Assembly (NCBI GenBank): GCA_950097015.1
Contig: CATNEN010000003.1
Coordinates: 15,190,001-15,254,000 of the forward strand
Direction of reading: 5' to 3'
Length of the DNA stretch: 64,000 nucleotides
DNA from: Macrostomum hystrix
Taxonomy: Eukaryota > Animalia > Platyhelminthes
A program made the translations under genes and the position numbers. Shown piece by piece: positions 1 through 14,500 of this stretch. How positions within the stretch are numbered: position 1 is the stretch's first letter; each line of letters starts with the position of its first letter. The notes beneath the pieces are model-generated. The model worked only from the letters and a program-made list of their open reading frames with translations. It did no database searches and had not been told where the DNA came from.

Positions 1-296
1 CGCGGCTTGCCTCGTCAGGAAAGAAGTCTACTTTGATTTCTAAACTGCATCTGGTCCTTGTGAAGATCCTGTTGGACGCTGTCGTGACGTCGTCAATTTC
101 AAAACTAAAAGAACAGTGTGCAAGCAGCGTCGTCCATGATTAAAAGTTCTGATCAAGTCTCTAATTTTCTAACAGCTCTGAAGGCTGTGCACGCGTTCAG
201 AGCACACGGGTTTAGCTAATGCATGTTGAGTCTATCTGTACCTTTATATGATCCATACAACTAGATTTTACTTAACGGTATAAAGATCACGTTATT

Positions 297-779
297 TCGT
301 ATTTCAAATACCCACGATAGCTCCCAAAACGAATTACGATTTTTGTGAAAGTCCGCCACTTGGATCAAAATTTTCCGCTCTTTACGATGAACTAACTTTC
401 AAAGTCGTCCAAGTCAGCATCGTCAAGATATTCAGTGATTCTTGTCGGAGACCCAGGTGACGATGACAAACATTGCTCTGTACAGACAGCCTCTATGGCG
501 CTTGTTTCAATAATATAATAAATTACAATAAAATTAATTCAACAGGAACAACAATATTGCCCGAAATATTGGTGCTTTTTGTCACCAGACAGGCCGCGAC
601 GAGAATCGGTGAATATCTCGACGATGCGATGCTTTGTGAGTCTGGAAGTTGTTTAATCGTATAGAGCGGAAAAAACTTAGCTATTCGTTATCTTTATGGC
701 GATTGTTTTAATATATATTTTGGGAGAAACAATTAAAATAAGGATATTTGAAATACCCACGCCTGGTCTTCCTACTGTT
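297..779. mobile_element. Dispersed repeat family A (non-autonomous, Helentron/HINE-like architecture), copy 1
   Basis: Homologous blocks at ~11930-12150, 15470-15615+16167-16480, 32268-32551 (reverse) and 40920-41330. Subterminal inverted repeat GTATTTCAAATA / TATTTGAAATAC; end TGGTCTTCCTACTGTT. Confidence 0.7.
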
Positions 780-2038
780 ATCGTCTAAATGCCTTCGATC
801 TTGACATCATAGTTGAAAACATAAAACAAAGGTCTTGAGGACTCGATCAATTTCACGAGACGGTTAAGTAAAAGTATTTTTTCAATGATATTTTCTTTTT
901 TATTCTAAATGCAGTCTTAAAAATACTCACTAGAATTAGTTACACATTTCTGAAAGATATTCAGAAATCATGATTCATGTTTTATACTATACTTACGAGC
1001 TTTGTGACCTGAAGTCTTGAACTGAGCTACAGTCTGCCATATATCGTCGATCTGGATTGAGTTAGTTAGTGAACCTTTAGCCTAACTATAAAGATTACTT
1101 CGCTGCAGTGGATCGCTCCGAAATTTAGGTGAAGCACGACGGTATGCGAATCAAATATTAACTCAACCTTTCGGCTAATAGAAAATTAGGAGTTTTGCAG
1201 CTAGAAGCTTCAGAAAATATATGTAATTGACGTTATAGGCCTGTAACACTATTGCCATCTATATATAAGCTATCAACTATAACTAATAATGTTGACTTTT
1301 CGCTGCATCTAATTGACAGTGCAGGATAAATGTACACATTAGTTACCTGTCCATAATTTGATCTCACAGAAAAAATCATGACTTTGGTACGCTTTCTGCC
1401 TTGCAGTCTGTATATAGACAGGATAACTTGAATTGGATTATATTTGTTTGACAAAGGCATGCAGCAGTGCTAGATTTCTGCTATGTCTGTCAGACAGAGT
1501 TGAAGACAGAATTAACAGAATTGTCTGTCTGTAAGCCTGCATGCGCTTGTTTCATAATGTGCATGGTCTGATCTAGTCAGTCGAGGAACATATAATTCCA
1601 CCTAATATTTGCACAGATGCCGCTTTTTAACTAAAATTGCAACTATATTTATTTAACAATCATACGAGACAAGATAATTCTCGCATTATATTGCTGCTAA
1701 AATTTATTCCAGCTATGAAAATTACGTTAGCTAAGGCCGTTCGTTGCCCCTGTATGAGTTATTAGATTGTTTAAACAATGCACTTGGTATTTGTCTAATG
1801 AGAATACATGTAGCTCCTGCTTGTATAAGTCGTGTGTATTCTATGTTAACCAAAAACAGACAGACTGGTTACTTGTGAAGTGTGGTTAAACAGACATACA
1901 CAAGCAGCACGCTTATTTCCTATCACATAAATCATGTTTTAAGCTGTGAATATGATCTACAGAATTGTATCTATACACATAAAAATGTTTCATTCGTTGA
2001 TATACACGAAATAAGTAATCAGTTTTTCTAAAATATAC

Positions 2039-2081
2039 CAAGGACCACTGTAGTATAACTGTTATACTACAGTGGTCCTTG
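2039..2081. mobile_element. 43-bp perfect palindrome, putative minimal P-type MITE
   Basis: CAAGGACCACTGTAGTATAAC-T-GTTATACTACAGTGGTCCTTG, flanked by AAATATAC / CAATATAC (7/8 direct repeat). Confidence 0.55.
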
Positions 2082-2596
2082 CAATATACATGCGACGTAC
2101 ATGCATCTCATTATACATGTTAATACATATATTCGTGTGCATGTTTGTGCCTGGTTGTTACAGATCGAATAGTAAATTGGCTGTTTGGGATAATTATACA
2201 CAAAGATTTGGTACTACTTTATTATGCATTAGATTGGGAAATATTCGTCAGAGAAGCAAAAAGGGACTGTACATATACCCTGTTAGAAACTCGGAAATAG
2301 GAAACTCGGAAGTTTAACGTTTAAATCAAATTGTGGCAAACTTTAAGTTGTTGAATTTAAAATTTAAAGTTCTTGTTTATAAAATAGAATAAACATAGTT
2401 TATTGAAATTTCTAACTAAAAACTTTAAATTTGTATCATTAACTAAATTGTGTAACTAGATTTCGCGCTAAATAAAACACTCAATTGAATTAGGTTTTCA
2501 GTTACAATTTTCAACAAAGCTCTACGATTTCTACGAATCTACGAAGCACGTGGCAAAACTTTTCCTAACATTCAATCAATATTATTTTCTTAATTG

Positions 2597-5500
2597 ATGT
2601 TTTGCCGTTACAAAAAGCGAATCGAAGAGTCAAATGGTGTCGATGATGTCACCGAAGGAGGCTCGTGAGTAAAAAACATTCGTTTAATTTACTATTGTGA
2701 ATTTACTATAGTATTGACAGTTTTAAATTTCTGCTTTTTCAATTGCTACAAAAAGGGATTCTATTTAAAAATCTGTCATTACGAAATGTTGCTGAGCTGA
2801 AATTTCTACTACACTAGCTTCAAATAAAATTATTTTAGAGACGTTCATAAGAAGTGTAAGTGGATATAGTTATTGTAAAAATGGTCCATTAGCGCAATTT
2901 ACATTATAGTCTTAGCTACTTTATTATATTATAATATTTATTGAGATTTGATACTGCTTTGTTTGTAAATAATATTTTTTTATTTTTAAAGATTTAACTT
3001 ATAGTTTAAAGCTCAGTTATATAAATACTGAAGTAATCAAATTGAAATAGTTATAGACACGGCTTAGAAAAATCAGTAGTGTGATTTGACCAACAAATCT
3101 GATATTTTTTACACTTGAAAAAAGTATTCCAATTGACATAACAGAACATTTTTGGATGCCCAACAAATGCTTATTACGATCGATATTTGCCAATTTAATT
3201 GTTTGCAAAAGTCGCTTTCCATATTTTTTACGCAATAGACCTTTAAAAAGTTAGTATAAATTAATATATATGAAAACCTTCCTTACAGGTCGAAGCGAAA
3301 GTTGCAGTTCAAGGGCCAGAAATTCCGAAATGAGTTGGAACTGTACAAGAACATCATGCACGGAAATCTTTACGCCCAGTGTCCGAATCTGTCAAACGTG
3401 ATTCGTATATTTACTAGTTCAACATTTACAGGTAGACTTTTTGGATAATATGAAAATTCAATCAGTAATATTTTACCGTCAGAAGTAGATTGCTGAGAAA
3501 GGAAATCGTTTAAAATCACGCAGACACAAAGCACGAACGCAACAGGCTGATGGTGGATGTCTATCCGAAGCTGAAATCGTTCTGTCGACAGTTGGGACTG
3601 GAATTTCAGGTGGTGGACATGCGCTGGGGCGTACGATTTGAAACGGTGGACGATCACAAGACCACTGAGCTTTGCTTAGCCGAGATTGACAACTGCAATC
3701 AGCTCTCGAGGGGACCAACGTTTGTGGTGAGCTGCTGCATACTTAAAGTAGAGATTGGAGACACTTGATCACTACCAAATGGATGTGACACTTCACTTAC
3801 AACATAATTTGTGATTTAAAACTTTTCGCAACATCGAAACTTCACATCAAAGAAAACCAAAAGTCCAATAGTACGTCAAGAATTTCTCTTGACGTATATA
3901 TTTTCGGTAAATTAATTTTCCTTGCGAAAAACATTTTAGCTTAAAAGTAATTTATACTCGTACATCGTAGTGGCAGGTGTCTGACTTTCTGTGGTACATC
4001 AAAATAGTTTTCAGTTTAAAGTGTCTTAGTTTTCGATAAAAAGAATTTTTACATTTTGAATGTTTTGACCTTTAGACGTAATGAACAATTAAGCCTTTAA
4101 GATAGGAATTGGCTTTGCTTTGTGTGGGACAATTTTTCTAACACTGTGCAGCGCTTCAGTAAAGTGTAGCTAAAAATATACCAGAAATAGTACAGAATAA
4201 GTGCATTCCAATTCTAGCTAGTAACTAGCTTAGCAACCAGCTCAACCCAGTCTCCCACCCTACAGCCCAGACCTCATAGCCTAGCAAAGCATATTTTTAT
4301 GGCTTTCTGCATGGGCGTGTGAAATACCTAGTTGCGAATTCTCATTCGTTAATGATGGATTCACACACGGTTTAGAGTGTTGTTAGCGGTTTCGCCGCAA
4401 TTAAGCGTATCGTATTATTGCCATAGACGTTTAGAGCACTCCAAACTAGGTGCTAGACGCATTGTAGTTGTCCACTTGGCCATAGACATTCATTTTCGGT
4501 CATATTAACAGTGTTCACGGCACATTGGTATGACTGAATATCTATGGAATTCGACCATAGACAACAGACCATAAACGGGAGAGAAGAGACACGGGAGAAA
4601 TGAGATTAAGGAGAGATTACTTATAGGAGAGATGACTCATAAAAGAGATGACACATAAGAGAGATAATACAAGAGAGAGATAAGATCGACAGGGTATAAA
4701 GTAGACGTTGGAAAGGGCCAGGGGATTTTCGGCCGCATCTGGCTAGGTTGCAGACCCTTGGTTTAGAAGGAAAATATGAATCCAGGTTACAGACATGTTC
4801 GTATTAATGTTTTTAATGTATTGTGGTTGGTACAATTTATGTCCATCGTTATATCTACATTCACGGCAGACCTTCCTGTCCCACAAGTACGGTTATCGAC
4901 CATTTCCTCGAGAGATAGTTGCCGATGAATTTGACAAGATTCTAACCAAGCTTGACAAACCAGCCAAAGCTCTGTTTAACAAGTGAGTTTTCTGCGAGTA
5001 CTGGTGAACTAATAACCATCTTTACCAGTTTTAATGATCAACGTTTAACAGTCACATATTTAGGTTTAAAGGTACATGCAGTTAAGGGGATAAACCTTAT
5101 AAAAAGGCACTCACACACACACGCAGGTGGTTCAAGTTGGACGCAAATGCGGTGCCTCTAGCCTACGTACTGCAGTCTATCAGCTCCGTTGTTGAAGGCT
5201 ACACCGAAGACGCAACGCCGGCACAAAGACGCAAGGTTGTTCTAGAATATCTGCCCATGCCACCCGATGTAGAGCTTATTAAATTTAGAAAATCTAATTA
5301 CTTCAACACCCACAGTTTGGCAAAGTCTTCTGGCAGGAGAGCGAAGCAATGCAGGAGGCATTGCTGAAGGCTGTCAAGAAGGTTTTGTCGCCGAGCCAGA
5401 TGGAAAAGTACTTTATGTCCGGTGAGATTGACACAATAATTGTATGATATTAAAGAAACTATTATCCCGATATTTACGTAATAACTTTCCGAATAAATAT

Positions 5501-8500
5501 TTCTCAGTAACCGAGACTGAAATACAAGAGGGCCTAATCAAGGCCAAGAATCCGAAGGCGCAATGCATATGGTTCTACCGCGAGATTGTTGACATTGACG
5601 ACCAGCCTGACAGCGATCTGTTGAGAAGATTTCGTGGTAATTTTACTTTTCAATACATATAGGCTAGTAGAAACGTGTTGCTTTTTATTGATATTTTCCA
5701 ATGGCACTACTAACTCCAACGTAAGTAGCATTAATGTATAAAACGATAAAATTAAACTTTGCACAGAAAGTGCCGACGATAAGTCTGCGTTGTCTAGCGG
5801 CATTCAGGAACGGTTGAATCGGTTGAAACAGGAAAAAATACCCGCCGTCCTTCCGGCTGAAAATATCGCCAGATTTCCAGTCTACTGGTCTGCTAACGGT
5901 GAGTCTAGACTCAAGAATTAGTCCAGGTAGTCATGTTTGAATCTAGATTTTGGGAATCAATGCTTTGGGACTGCCCCCAAGACAGTGGCCGTGTAGACTG
6001 CCCGACGATGAGAAAGTCAGGGCAGATTCCACGAACCTTCAAAATACTGTTATTATTGAGGATTGATGACCTAGAAGGGAGGTTTTATAGTCATTTGATC
6101 GACAATCTTGCTTGTAATTAGCCCAGTTCTTCTCAACCTTGACGAAGGCATTGATCCGGACAACGTGCCGTCTCACCAAGCCTACCTGGATCATCTGTGC
6201 CTGGACTTCGAGACTCGCATGAAACTGCACATCATGGAGAGCGTGCTCGATGCTGACGTTTCAGCTGGCAACGGCGCCCGATTCGCTAGCAGCCCGTTGG
6301 CCAGAGAAGTGATCCAGCACACGCGATTCGCCCAGACAAAGGCCACCGCATTCTATGGCAGGCAGGCACTGCTCAATCTGCTGACTGACTACCTGGCCAA
6401 GCCAGCGGACGCCCCATTGATTTGCTACGGAGTTTCTGGCTGCGGAAAGACTAGCCTGATGGCCAAACTGGCATTCAACATGCTGGACAAGCACCCAGCC
6501 ACTGACGGCGCCGGCCCCATGGCGTTTGTGCTGCTCAGATTTTTAGGAACAACTCAAGCTTCTAGCAGCCTGCGAGAGCTGCTGAATAGTCTAATTAGCC
6601 AGTGCCGTCGCATGCTTGGGGTTAATAAAGACGGAGCCAACGTAAGCGTTCGGGGTACCTAGCAACTCTTTTTTATTATCTCTGCACCTAGACTAGCTAG
6701 GCTGCATGTGCAGACTATGGCACACAAAGCTTACACAGTTATAGATATGTTCTAATTGAAGGATGGCAGACCATTTGGTGTCACTTGACTCGCAGCCAGC
6801 GAGGAGGTGATTTCGCTGACTCCTGAGCACAAACGCACACAGATACCGTACGCAGGCACACACTCACACAGGTGTGTACATCTAATTCCTTGACTTTCTA
6901 ATCGTCTGGGAGTGTGCACTGCCACTGTACCTTAGAGGTTAGCCCTCAAGGGCGTAAACTTCACGACAAGCCCCCAAGCCTTCTCTCCAGGGCTGCGTCC
7001 CAAATGAATGTGGCCCCGTCGCGGAGTCGAGCTCTAGCGACTTTGGTACGAGGGCAAACGACATAACCGCCTTGCCACTGCCCCCAAGCTTACAAAACGA
7101 AGGGGAAAATAATTTTAATGCAGATTCGAAATCAAAAGATATTTATAAACAGGATCTAGGATCTAGAATAAAAAATTCGAATAAATATATTGCATCGCCA
7201 TCCCGCAGATCCAATCGTTAAAGACGCTGGCAGCTGCTCTTGTTCTCATGCTGAAACGTCTCGCCGCAGTAAAGCCAGTTCTGGTCGTATTGGACAGCAT
7301 CGACCAGCTGAAACCAGACGACTCGGCTCATTCGTGCTTCTGGCTGCCACAATTGATGCCAGAGAATATCTGGTTCGTGGTGTCCACGCTGCCCCAGGAG
7401 TATAGCATCCTGGAAAATCTGAAGGTCCGAAATGCTTACCATGCTTCGTTAGTATATTGGACTAGCAAAAGTGAACCCCTTCCACGCACTCGCGTACTCG
7501 CGTACTTACGGACTTATATTTTTTAAAATTAATTTAATTTCTAGATAATCGATTCTGCGATTCTACGAGTTTATCATCGATTAGTTTATTCACCTTACTA
7601 AGAATGCATGTATATAGTTTGAATGTTGGACTAGCTGATCTGATCCCATTCTGATTATGGTTGCTTAGTTAATATCTATTCTTTAAAAATCCTTTGTCGT
7701 TTGATTTTTGTCTAAGAATTACTCTTTAATTTTTGTTGCAGACGATGTATAAATATGACACACCCGAGCGCAAAGAAAATTTTGTGGAGGTCACAGAGCT
7801 GGAGAAAACAGACAGCAAGGCTATACTGCGTGAGCATCTGCGGAATAGAGATCGCATTCTAACGCCGAAGCAGCAACGCATATTGGAGACCTGCGTAGCC
7901 AGAGTGGCGCTGCCGCTGTACGCTCGACTGTGCGTCGATTTTGCGTCCAAGTGGAGCAGCTTCTCAACCGTGGATGAGGCCACTCTAGGTGAGGATTTTA
8001 AGTGAATTCACAACTTGTATCTCGAAGGAAATGGTCTGAAACTGAGGGTCGAAGAAAGACGTTGCAATTATGTTAAAATGTAAAAATCTTTGAAGGCTTG
8101 AATTGCTTGGACATTGGGCATGTAGCTACTATCATTTTTTATTAAAAATTGTTTTGTCTGTCTATTAAATGACTTCAATTCTATATCCAGAATACTGTCT
8201 GCGTATTTTTGGGGAATCCTTTAATAATAATAATAATTACAGGAGGGCTGCGGGCAATGGCGCAGCATTTGGTGACACTAGACCCGCAGCCAGCAGCCAC
8301 CCGGAGGCTATTCTGCCCATATCGCTGACTTCTGAGACGCCCACTGATACTGTACGCAGCAGGCTCACGCTCACACATGTGTGTACATCTGCCCTGACTT
8401 TCTCATCGTCAGGCAGTGTACACACGAACTGTGCCTTGGAGGTTGGCCCTTAAGGGCGTAAATTGCACGACAAGCCCCCAAGCCTTCTCTACGCAACTGA

Positions 8501-11500
8501 ACCCCAAATAAATGTGGCCTCGCCGTGGAATCGAGCTCAGGGACCTTGGTGCGAAATAAATAAATGCTTTAACCGCTCTGCCACTCACCCGCGGGGAATT
8601 CATCGGTCTATGGCCGAATTATATTCGGGTGTGTTTTCTGTTAACTGACGTACGAGGCAGATATATAGAAATTACATTACAGTCATTGGCACAGACGTAG
8701 CTATTGCTGTGTACAGGCTGTGTTTGCAAACGCTGTGTACAGCTATAAAGTCCGTGGACAGTGGGGCAGCCACAGCCCACCCAAATTTCTACCCACTTGA
8801 TGCTGGCACCAATTTTACAACTTCATGATCTGAAGCGCATGAGAAGTAAGTGTATATCTCAAGTGTTAATCAAGTGTCCTGAGTGTTGATCACCTGGCTA
8901 CCACGTATCATAAAAGCTCCCACAAAGACAGTCTTTTATAGAGAAAACTCAGCTGACCTCCGTTAAAATCGATGATTCAATAAATTGTCTCCCGTATTAT
9001 ACTCGAAAAGTACAGCTGCATCTAGAGCGCAACATAGTTTTACTTGCAGTAGTGGTCTTCGGTATCAAAACAATATCTGAGAATTGAAACATCAACCGAA
9101 GTACCTCGCAAACAAATTTTTTCAGCTCCGACAGTTCGCACTATCATCTCCCAGTTGTTCGCCAGCATCGAACGCAAGCACGGCGAGCTTCTAGTTAGGC
9201 GCGCACTTGGCTATCTGACAGTCAGCAACGCAGGACTATCCGAGAACGAACTAGAGGACATACTGGCACTGGACGATGATGTGCTTAATGACACATTCGA
9301 GTACTGGATGCCACCGGTAAGACGTCTACCACCGTTGGCCATCACTCGGGTGCTTTTCGACCTACAGGACTACCTGGGTGAGTCTGGGAACTTTGATCCG
9401 ATTCGGGATCAGGGTAATTAGGATCGGGATTAAGAGTTCAGAGTGTTTGGGGTTAGACTGATCGGGGATCAGATTGATCGGGATGGGGATCACAATTGGA
9501 ACTATGATCGTAAACGTTTTAACTCAAATTTGTGGTTTGAATGTGGATCAGATAAAAAAATGAATACGAAACGGTAAACCTGATTCTAAAATCTCGACAA
9601 TGTGCAGTTGAGCAGGGCTCGGAAGGAGTTCCCACGCTGCGCTGGTACCATCGTCAGTTCATCGAGGCCGCAATGGACAGGTTCTGTTCAGTGAACGACA
9701 CCGTGTCAGGCCTGCACAAATTAATAGCCGAGTTCTTCATGGGTGTCTGGGCCAGTAAGTACTTATTGATATATGGCATCATTGCACTCACTATCACTAT
9801 CAGAGACACTTCAAAACCATCCCAATATCAGTTGTGAATCACTATCAGAGACAATTTTAACTATCCTTCGTGACGTATAACTTAAGAACCAATCACTGTA
9901 CGAGTCAAACAATGAACTTCAAACATTGTAACCATGTAGCGAATAGCAAAAAGTTTATATTTTAGCTTCTCTGTTTTCCCCATCGTTTTTAAAACCAATC
10001 TTCATAAAGCAACGCCGAAGCCATTCGTCGACCGAAGCGCCAAGGGCTCGGGTCAGGAGGGTGCGGCATTGCGCTACGTTCCGGAACAGCCGATTGGATT
10101 TGGCGCCAGCGGCTCAGTTCAGTACAATCGTCGGAAGCTTGTTGAACTGCCGCATCACCTGTTGAAGTCTGGCAATCTTGCCGGTCTAAAATCGGAGTGC
10201 CTGGCCAATTTCGCCTTTCTACATGCTCTACTAACAGTGAAGGGTGTCGACGCCTGCATCGATGCCTACAGAGACGCCCTGCAGTTCTGGCCAGACGATG
10301 CACTGCTGAACGCTCTTAGCAGTTTGTACAACCAATCGCAACAAACCTTGGCATTCGAACCCGATTTGCTGCCGTTGCAACTGCTGACAAGATTGCCAAC
10401 CGTTGCTGCTGGTGAAGATAACGGTAGGCTTCGTTCGCGACTTCTAGCTGAAGCAGCATCTGCTACTAGCTGCAAGATCTATGTGCCGATGGAGCTGGCG
10501 CGCTTCTCGTCCGGCGGCGTCAGCGACGGAAACGACATCGGCGGACTCGCATCCGGCCTGCAGAAAGGTCTGCTGTTCTCCTTGGCCAAGCACAAGAAAT
10601 CCGTGGTGGCACTGGCTGTCAGTGCCGACTTTGGAAAAGCTGTCACAGGTTTGAGTTTGATTGTCTCATCTTTTGGCTTTTTAATGTCTTGTTCTTGCGT
10701 CTCCGAATTTCTTTCTTGTATTTGTGTCTGTCAATGACTTGCATACGTATCTCTTGGGTCCTGAAATGCCTTGCATTTTTTTCGCATTCTCTATTGAATT
10801 TGTATCTCTCAAGGTCGTGCATATGTATCTCTTAAGGTCGTGCATTTGTGTCTCTCAGGGTCGTGCATTTGTGTCTCTCAAGGTCGTGCATTTGTGTCTC
10901 TCAAGGTCGTGCATTTGTATCTCTCAAGGTCGTGCATTTGTGTCTCTCAAGGTCGTGCATTTGTGTCTCTCAAGGTCGTGTATTTGTGTCTCTCAAGGTC
11001 GTGTATTTGTGTCTCTCAAGGTCGTGTATTTGTCTCTTAGCGTCGAGTAATTAGACTCAAATGACTCCCTGCATTTGAGTCTCTTATGTCTCGAGATTGT
11101 GTCTGTCGTTCTTTCATTTATTATTTATTTCCTATCAATCACCAACTTAGTGGGAGAAGACAACGCCGTCAGCTTCTGGGACCTCGACAAAGGCTCCTGC
11201 CTCCGCACTGTTCAGATTGGCGAAGACCTAGATCCAGTGGTGTACTTTGTTAACAATGACAAACAGGCTGTGGTCACTACCGCATCAGGTTTTGCAGTGC
11301 TCCAGTGAGTCTATTTCTTTAGTTTTACTTTTATTCTTGAATCCTTTTTTATGGACAAACGGTCACTCTGACATGCCAGATTCGGCTCTGGTGTGTACGT
11401 GCGCTCATTCAAACGAACCGACGGTCGGTTTTCAACGCCGGCACCCGAAGCTGCTACAAAACGTGGCGTGAACAATCGCATCTTTGTTCATCCGATTCGC

Positions 11501-14500
11501 AATGGCAAACAATTGGTGGTGTTCGGCAGTCCCTATTTGCACATTCTGGACTGCGACGACTGGTCTGAAATTGGTCGCATCGATCTGGCTCACTGCGCGG
11601 CCGCAGCCAAGAATGGCAAAATGTTCACCGATATCGGCTCGTTCAACACGACAACGCCCATTGCCGGTAAGGAGTTAATGTGCGTCTATTTTTTACTCAA
11701 GTCAGGACTATGAAAGGGAGCAAAGCTGCCGGAGCTCGAATCCATGGCGAAGCCACGTTAGTTCTGGGGCGCAACAGCTTAGAGAAGGCTTGAAGGCTTT
11801 GTCTATGTTTGCCCATGTGGACATAAGATACCGATACGGGTACCGTACACAAGCGTAAAGTCACACATGTGTGTACAACTAGCCCTGAATTTTGTCAGGT
11901 AGTGTCCGACGTGGTTACATGATGACATTTTGTGAGCGGAAAAATCATGCGCATATCTTGCTGGTTTTTGCTAGCAGATACCCAGACGAGAATCCTTGAA
12001 ATTTATGGACGATGCCAATGTTTTGTGACTGTGGAAGTTGTTTAATCGGATAGAGCAGAAAATTTTTGTCAGTGCTTTGTAGTTTCATGTTGATTGGTTG
12101 AATATTTTGGGTGATACAGAAAAATGAAAAGTGGTAGTCTTTCTACCGATAAAGGTGCAAAATGCACGACAAGCTCCATTGCCTTCTCTCCGCGACTGTG
12201 GCATAAATGACATGTGGCATGAGGCACCAGCAGTTAATACTAAACAATGATTTACATCCATAAATCCAGGTTTCGATAAACACCTGCTAATAGTGGAACC
12301 TGAGCTTCAGATGTCCATCTACCAGTTTGATCTGCAGCAGTTGCAGTTCGTGCAGCACAGGGTCTATTTTCACGAGCGCTCCGACGAAGAGACCGATGCT
12401 GGCGAATCAGACGAATCCATCGACGGTCTCTACATGGACCACGCGGAGAACCAGTGCCTGTTCGTTGAGAGCGACAAAGGCCAGGTGTACTTCTGCCAGC
12501 TGCCCAGCTTGGACATTGTTAGAGTCGTGCCCCTAGTCGATCAACCTGGCGGCGTGGTCAGGAAACACGAGTGAGCTGGAAAATACTCTTATTTCATTAT
12601 GATGTCATATTTTGTCTTTAACATTTGTTATTTAGCAAGACAATAGAGCATTCGCATTCAATAGTTTTCACTGACAAACAATAGATTCACTTCTCTCTTT
12701 AATTCTTTTTGTTTCAGTCTAATTCAGGACAATTTATGTGAGTAAATGATTTTAAGGCGATTCACCTTTTCCCTCTTCACTCCATCCCACTTCACCCCAT
12801 CCCTATTCACCCAATCCCACTTCACCCAATCTCTCTTCACCCAATCTCTCTTCACCCAATCTCTCATCACCGCATCCCACTTCACCTCATCCCACTTCAC
12901 CCCATCCCTATTCACCCCATGCCACTTCACCCAATCTCTCTTCACCGCATCCCACTTCACCCCATCCCACTTCACCCCATCCCTATTCACCCCATCCCTA
13001 TTCATCCTATCCCTATTCATCCCATCCCCATTCACCCCATCCCTATTCACCCCATCCCTATTCATCCTATCCCTATTCATCCCATCCCCATTCACCCCAT
13101 CCCTATTCACCCATTCTTATTACTCCATTCCGTCTCCCAGGCCGGCACTGGGTGAACGACAGGTACTTGATCACACCTGGACAGCGCAGCCAGCAGCCGG
13201 CCGTGTCAGTCTGGGACAGCAAGCACAACACCGTGAGCCTCTGCTGTCCGCATCCGTCGCGTGTGTCAATCAATGCCATCCGAGTTGACAGCTCCGTGCA
13301 AAAGGTGGTGACAGTTTGCTCTGACGCGTGTCTGTACATGTTCGATCGATCCAAGGAGGGCTCGGAGGCGCCTGACGCTGATGGCAAAGCTGTCACAGTA
13401 GGAAAGATTGATAATGATTCTTCTGGGAATCAGGACAAGGTTAGCTATAACTGGAAGTGAGTAACATGGATTTAGATATTAATACTACCTTTTCTTCCAT
13501 TTACTTTTTTGCTTTATACTGTCTTAAGCTACTTAAGCTTGTAGATTTCTAAAACTCATCCCTTCTCTTTTACTCATGGCCTCTCTCAGTCTTCTCTCTC
13601 AGTCTTCTCTCTCTGTCACTCACACCCTCTCTCGGTCACTCAAACCTTCTCTCTTTCACTCTTTCACTTTTCGTTACACCCGAGGCCTTTCAAAAAGCAT
13701 TGAGAAGTGCATGTAGAATGCAGCTTTGCTCAAATCATTTCAGTACAAGCTTCCCATTGGACGCTGACGAAAGGTACATCCTTTACTCTGGCCAACGAAC
13801 CGTATCTGATCCCGGAAAAAATAAGCAAACTGACAGCTTGATCATCGTTTACGATACTGTCAAAGAGGAGAAAGTTAGACAGGTGAATATTAATTTCGTT
13901 TATTAGTTTATTTTCCGTTAATTACGCAAGAAATACGGCAAGATGCTGTTTTCTCTACTCTAAGTAGAAGTACGAGTGTTTGAATATATAACGATTTTTA
14001 TATTTATTTATAACATCATTTTACAGTTCCACATGCCAACAAAGAGGTCATGGACAGTTACTCGCTTCAATGAATCCACTGTCCTGATTGAGCACAATCG
14101 CAAAGGTTACCTTTTGGATCTGGTGGCCGCGGCGGTTACCATGGAGACGCAGGGTGTGGCCGGTGGCGTCACTGACATGATCGGAATTTCTAAGACGCAA
14201 CGTACGTAGACAATTGTATATACTATATAATATATTATTACCCAATTAAATGTATTAAATAACTGTCCTACAAGTACAGCGAGTTACAATGACTTACAGT
14301 TACCTCGTGATTACCCACAGAAATCATTGCGCAGAGTCGTTCGCAACGCAGCTTGAAGATCTACAGCGCTGCTGATGGCAAAGCGAGCATCGAGTTGACT
14401 GACGTCTTTGGTTCGCTACCGAAGCAGGTCATCTCGGAGATTGTCGTCACGCCGGGTGGTCGCTACGTCATAATGTGCGACGAGGATAAAAACAATCGTT

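Noticed and set aside
1-200. Open frames on both strands at the window start
   Set aside because: Too short and truncated to assign a strand or product.
6140-6150. Non-canonical splicing suspected at several junctions (6147, 10009, 24757, 32610)
   Set aside because: All resolve as ordinary GT-AG introns with AAG acceptors and consistent phases.
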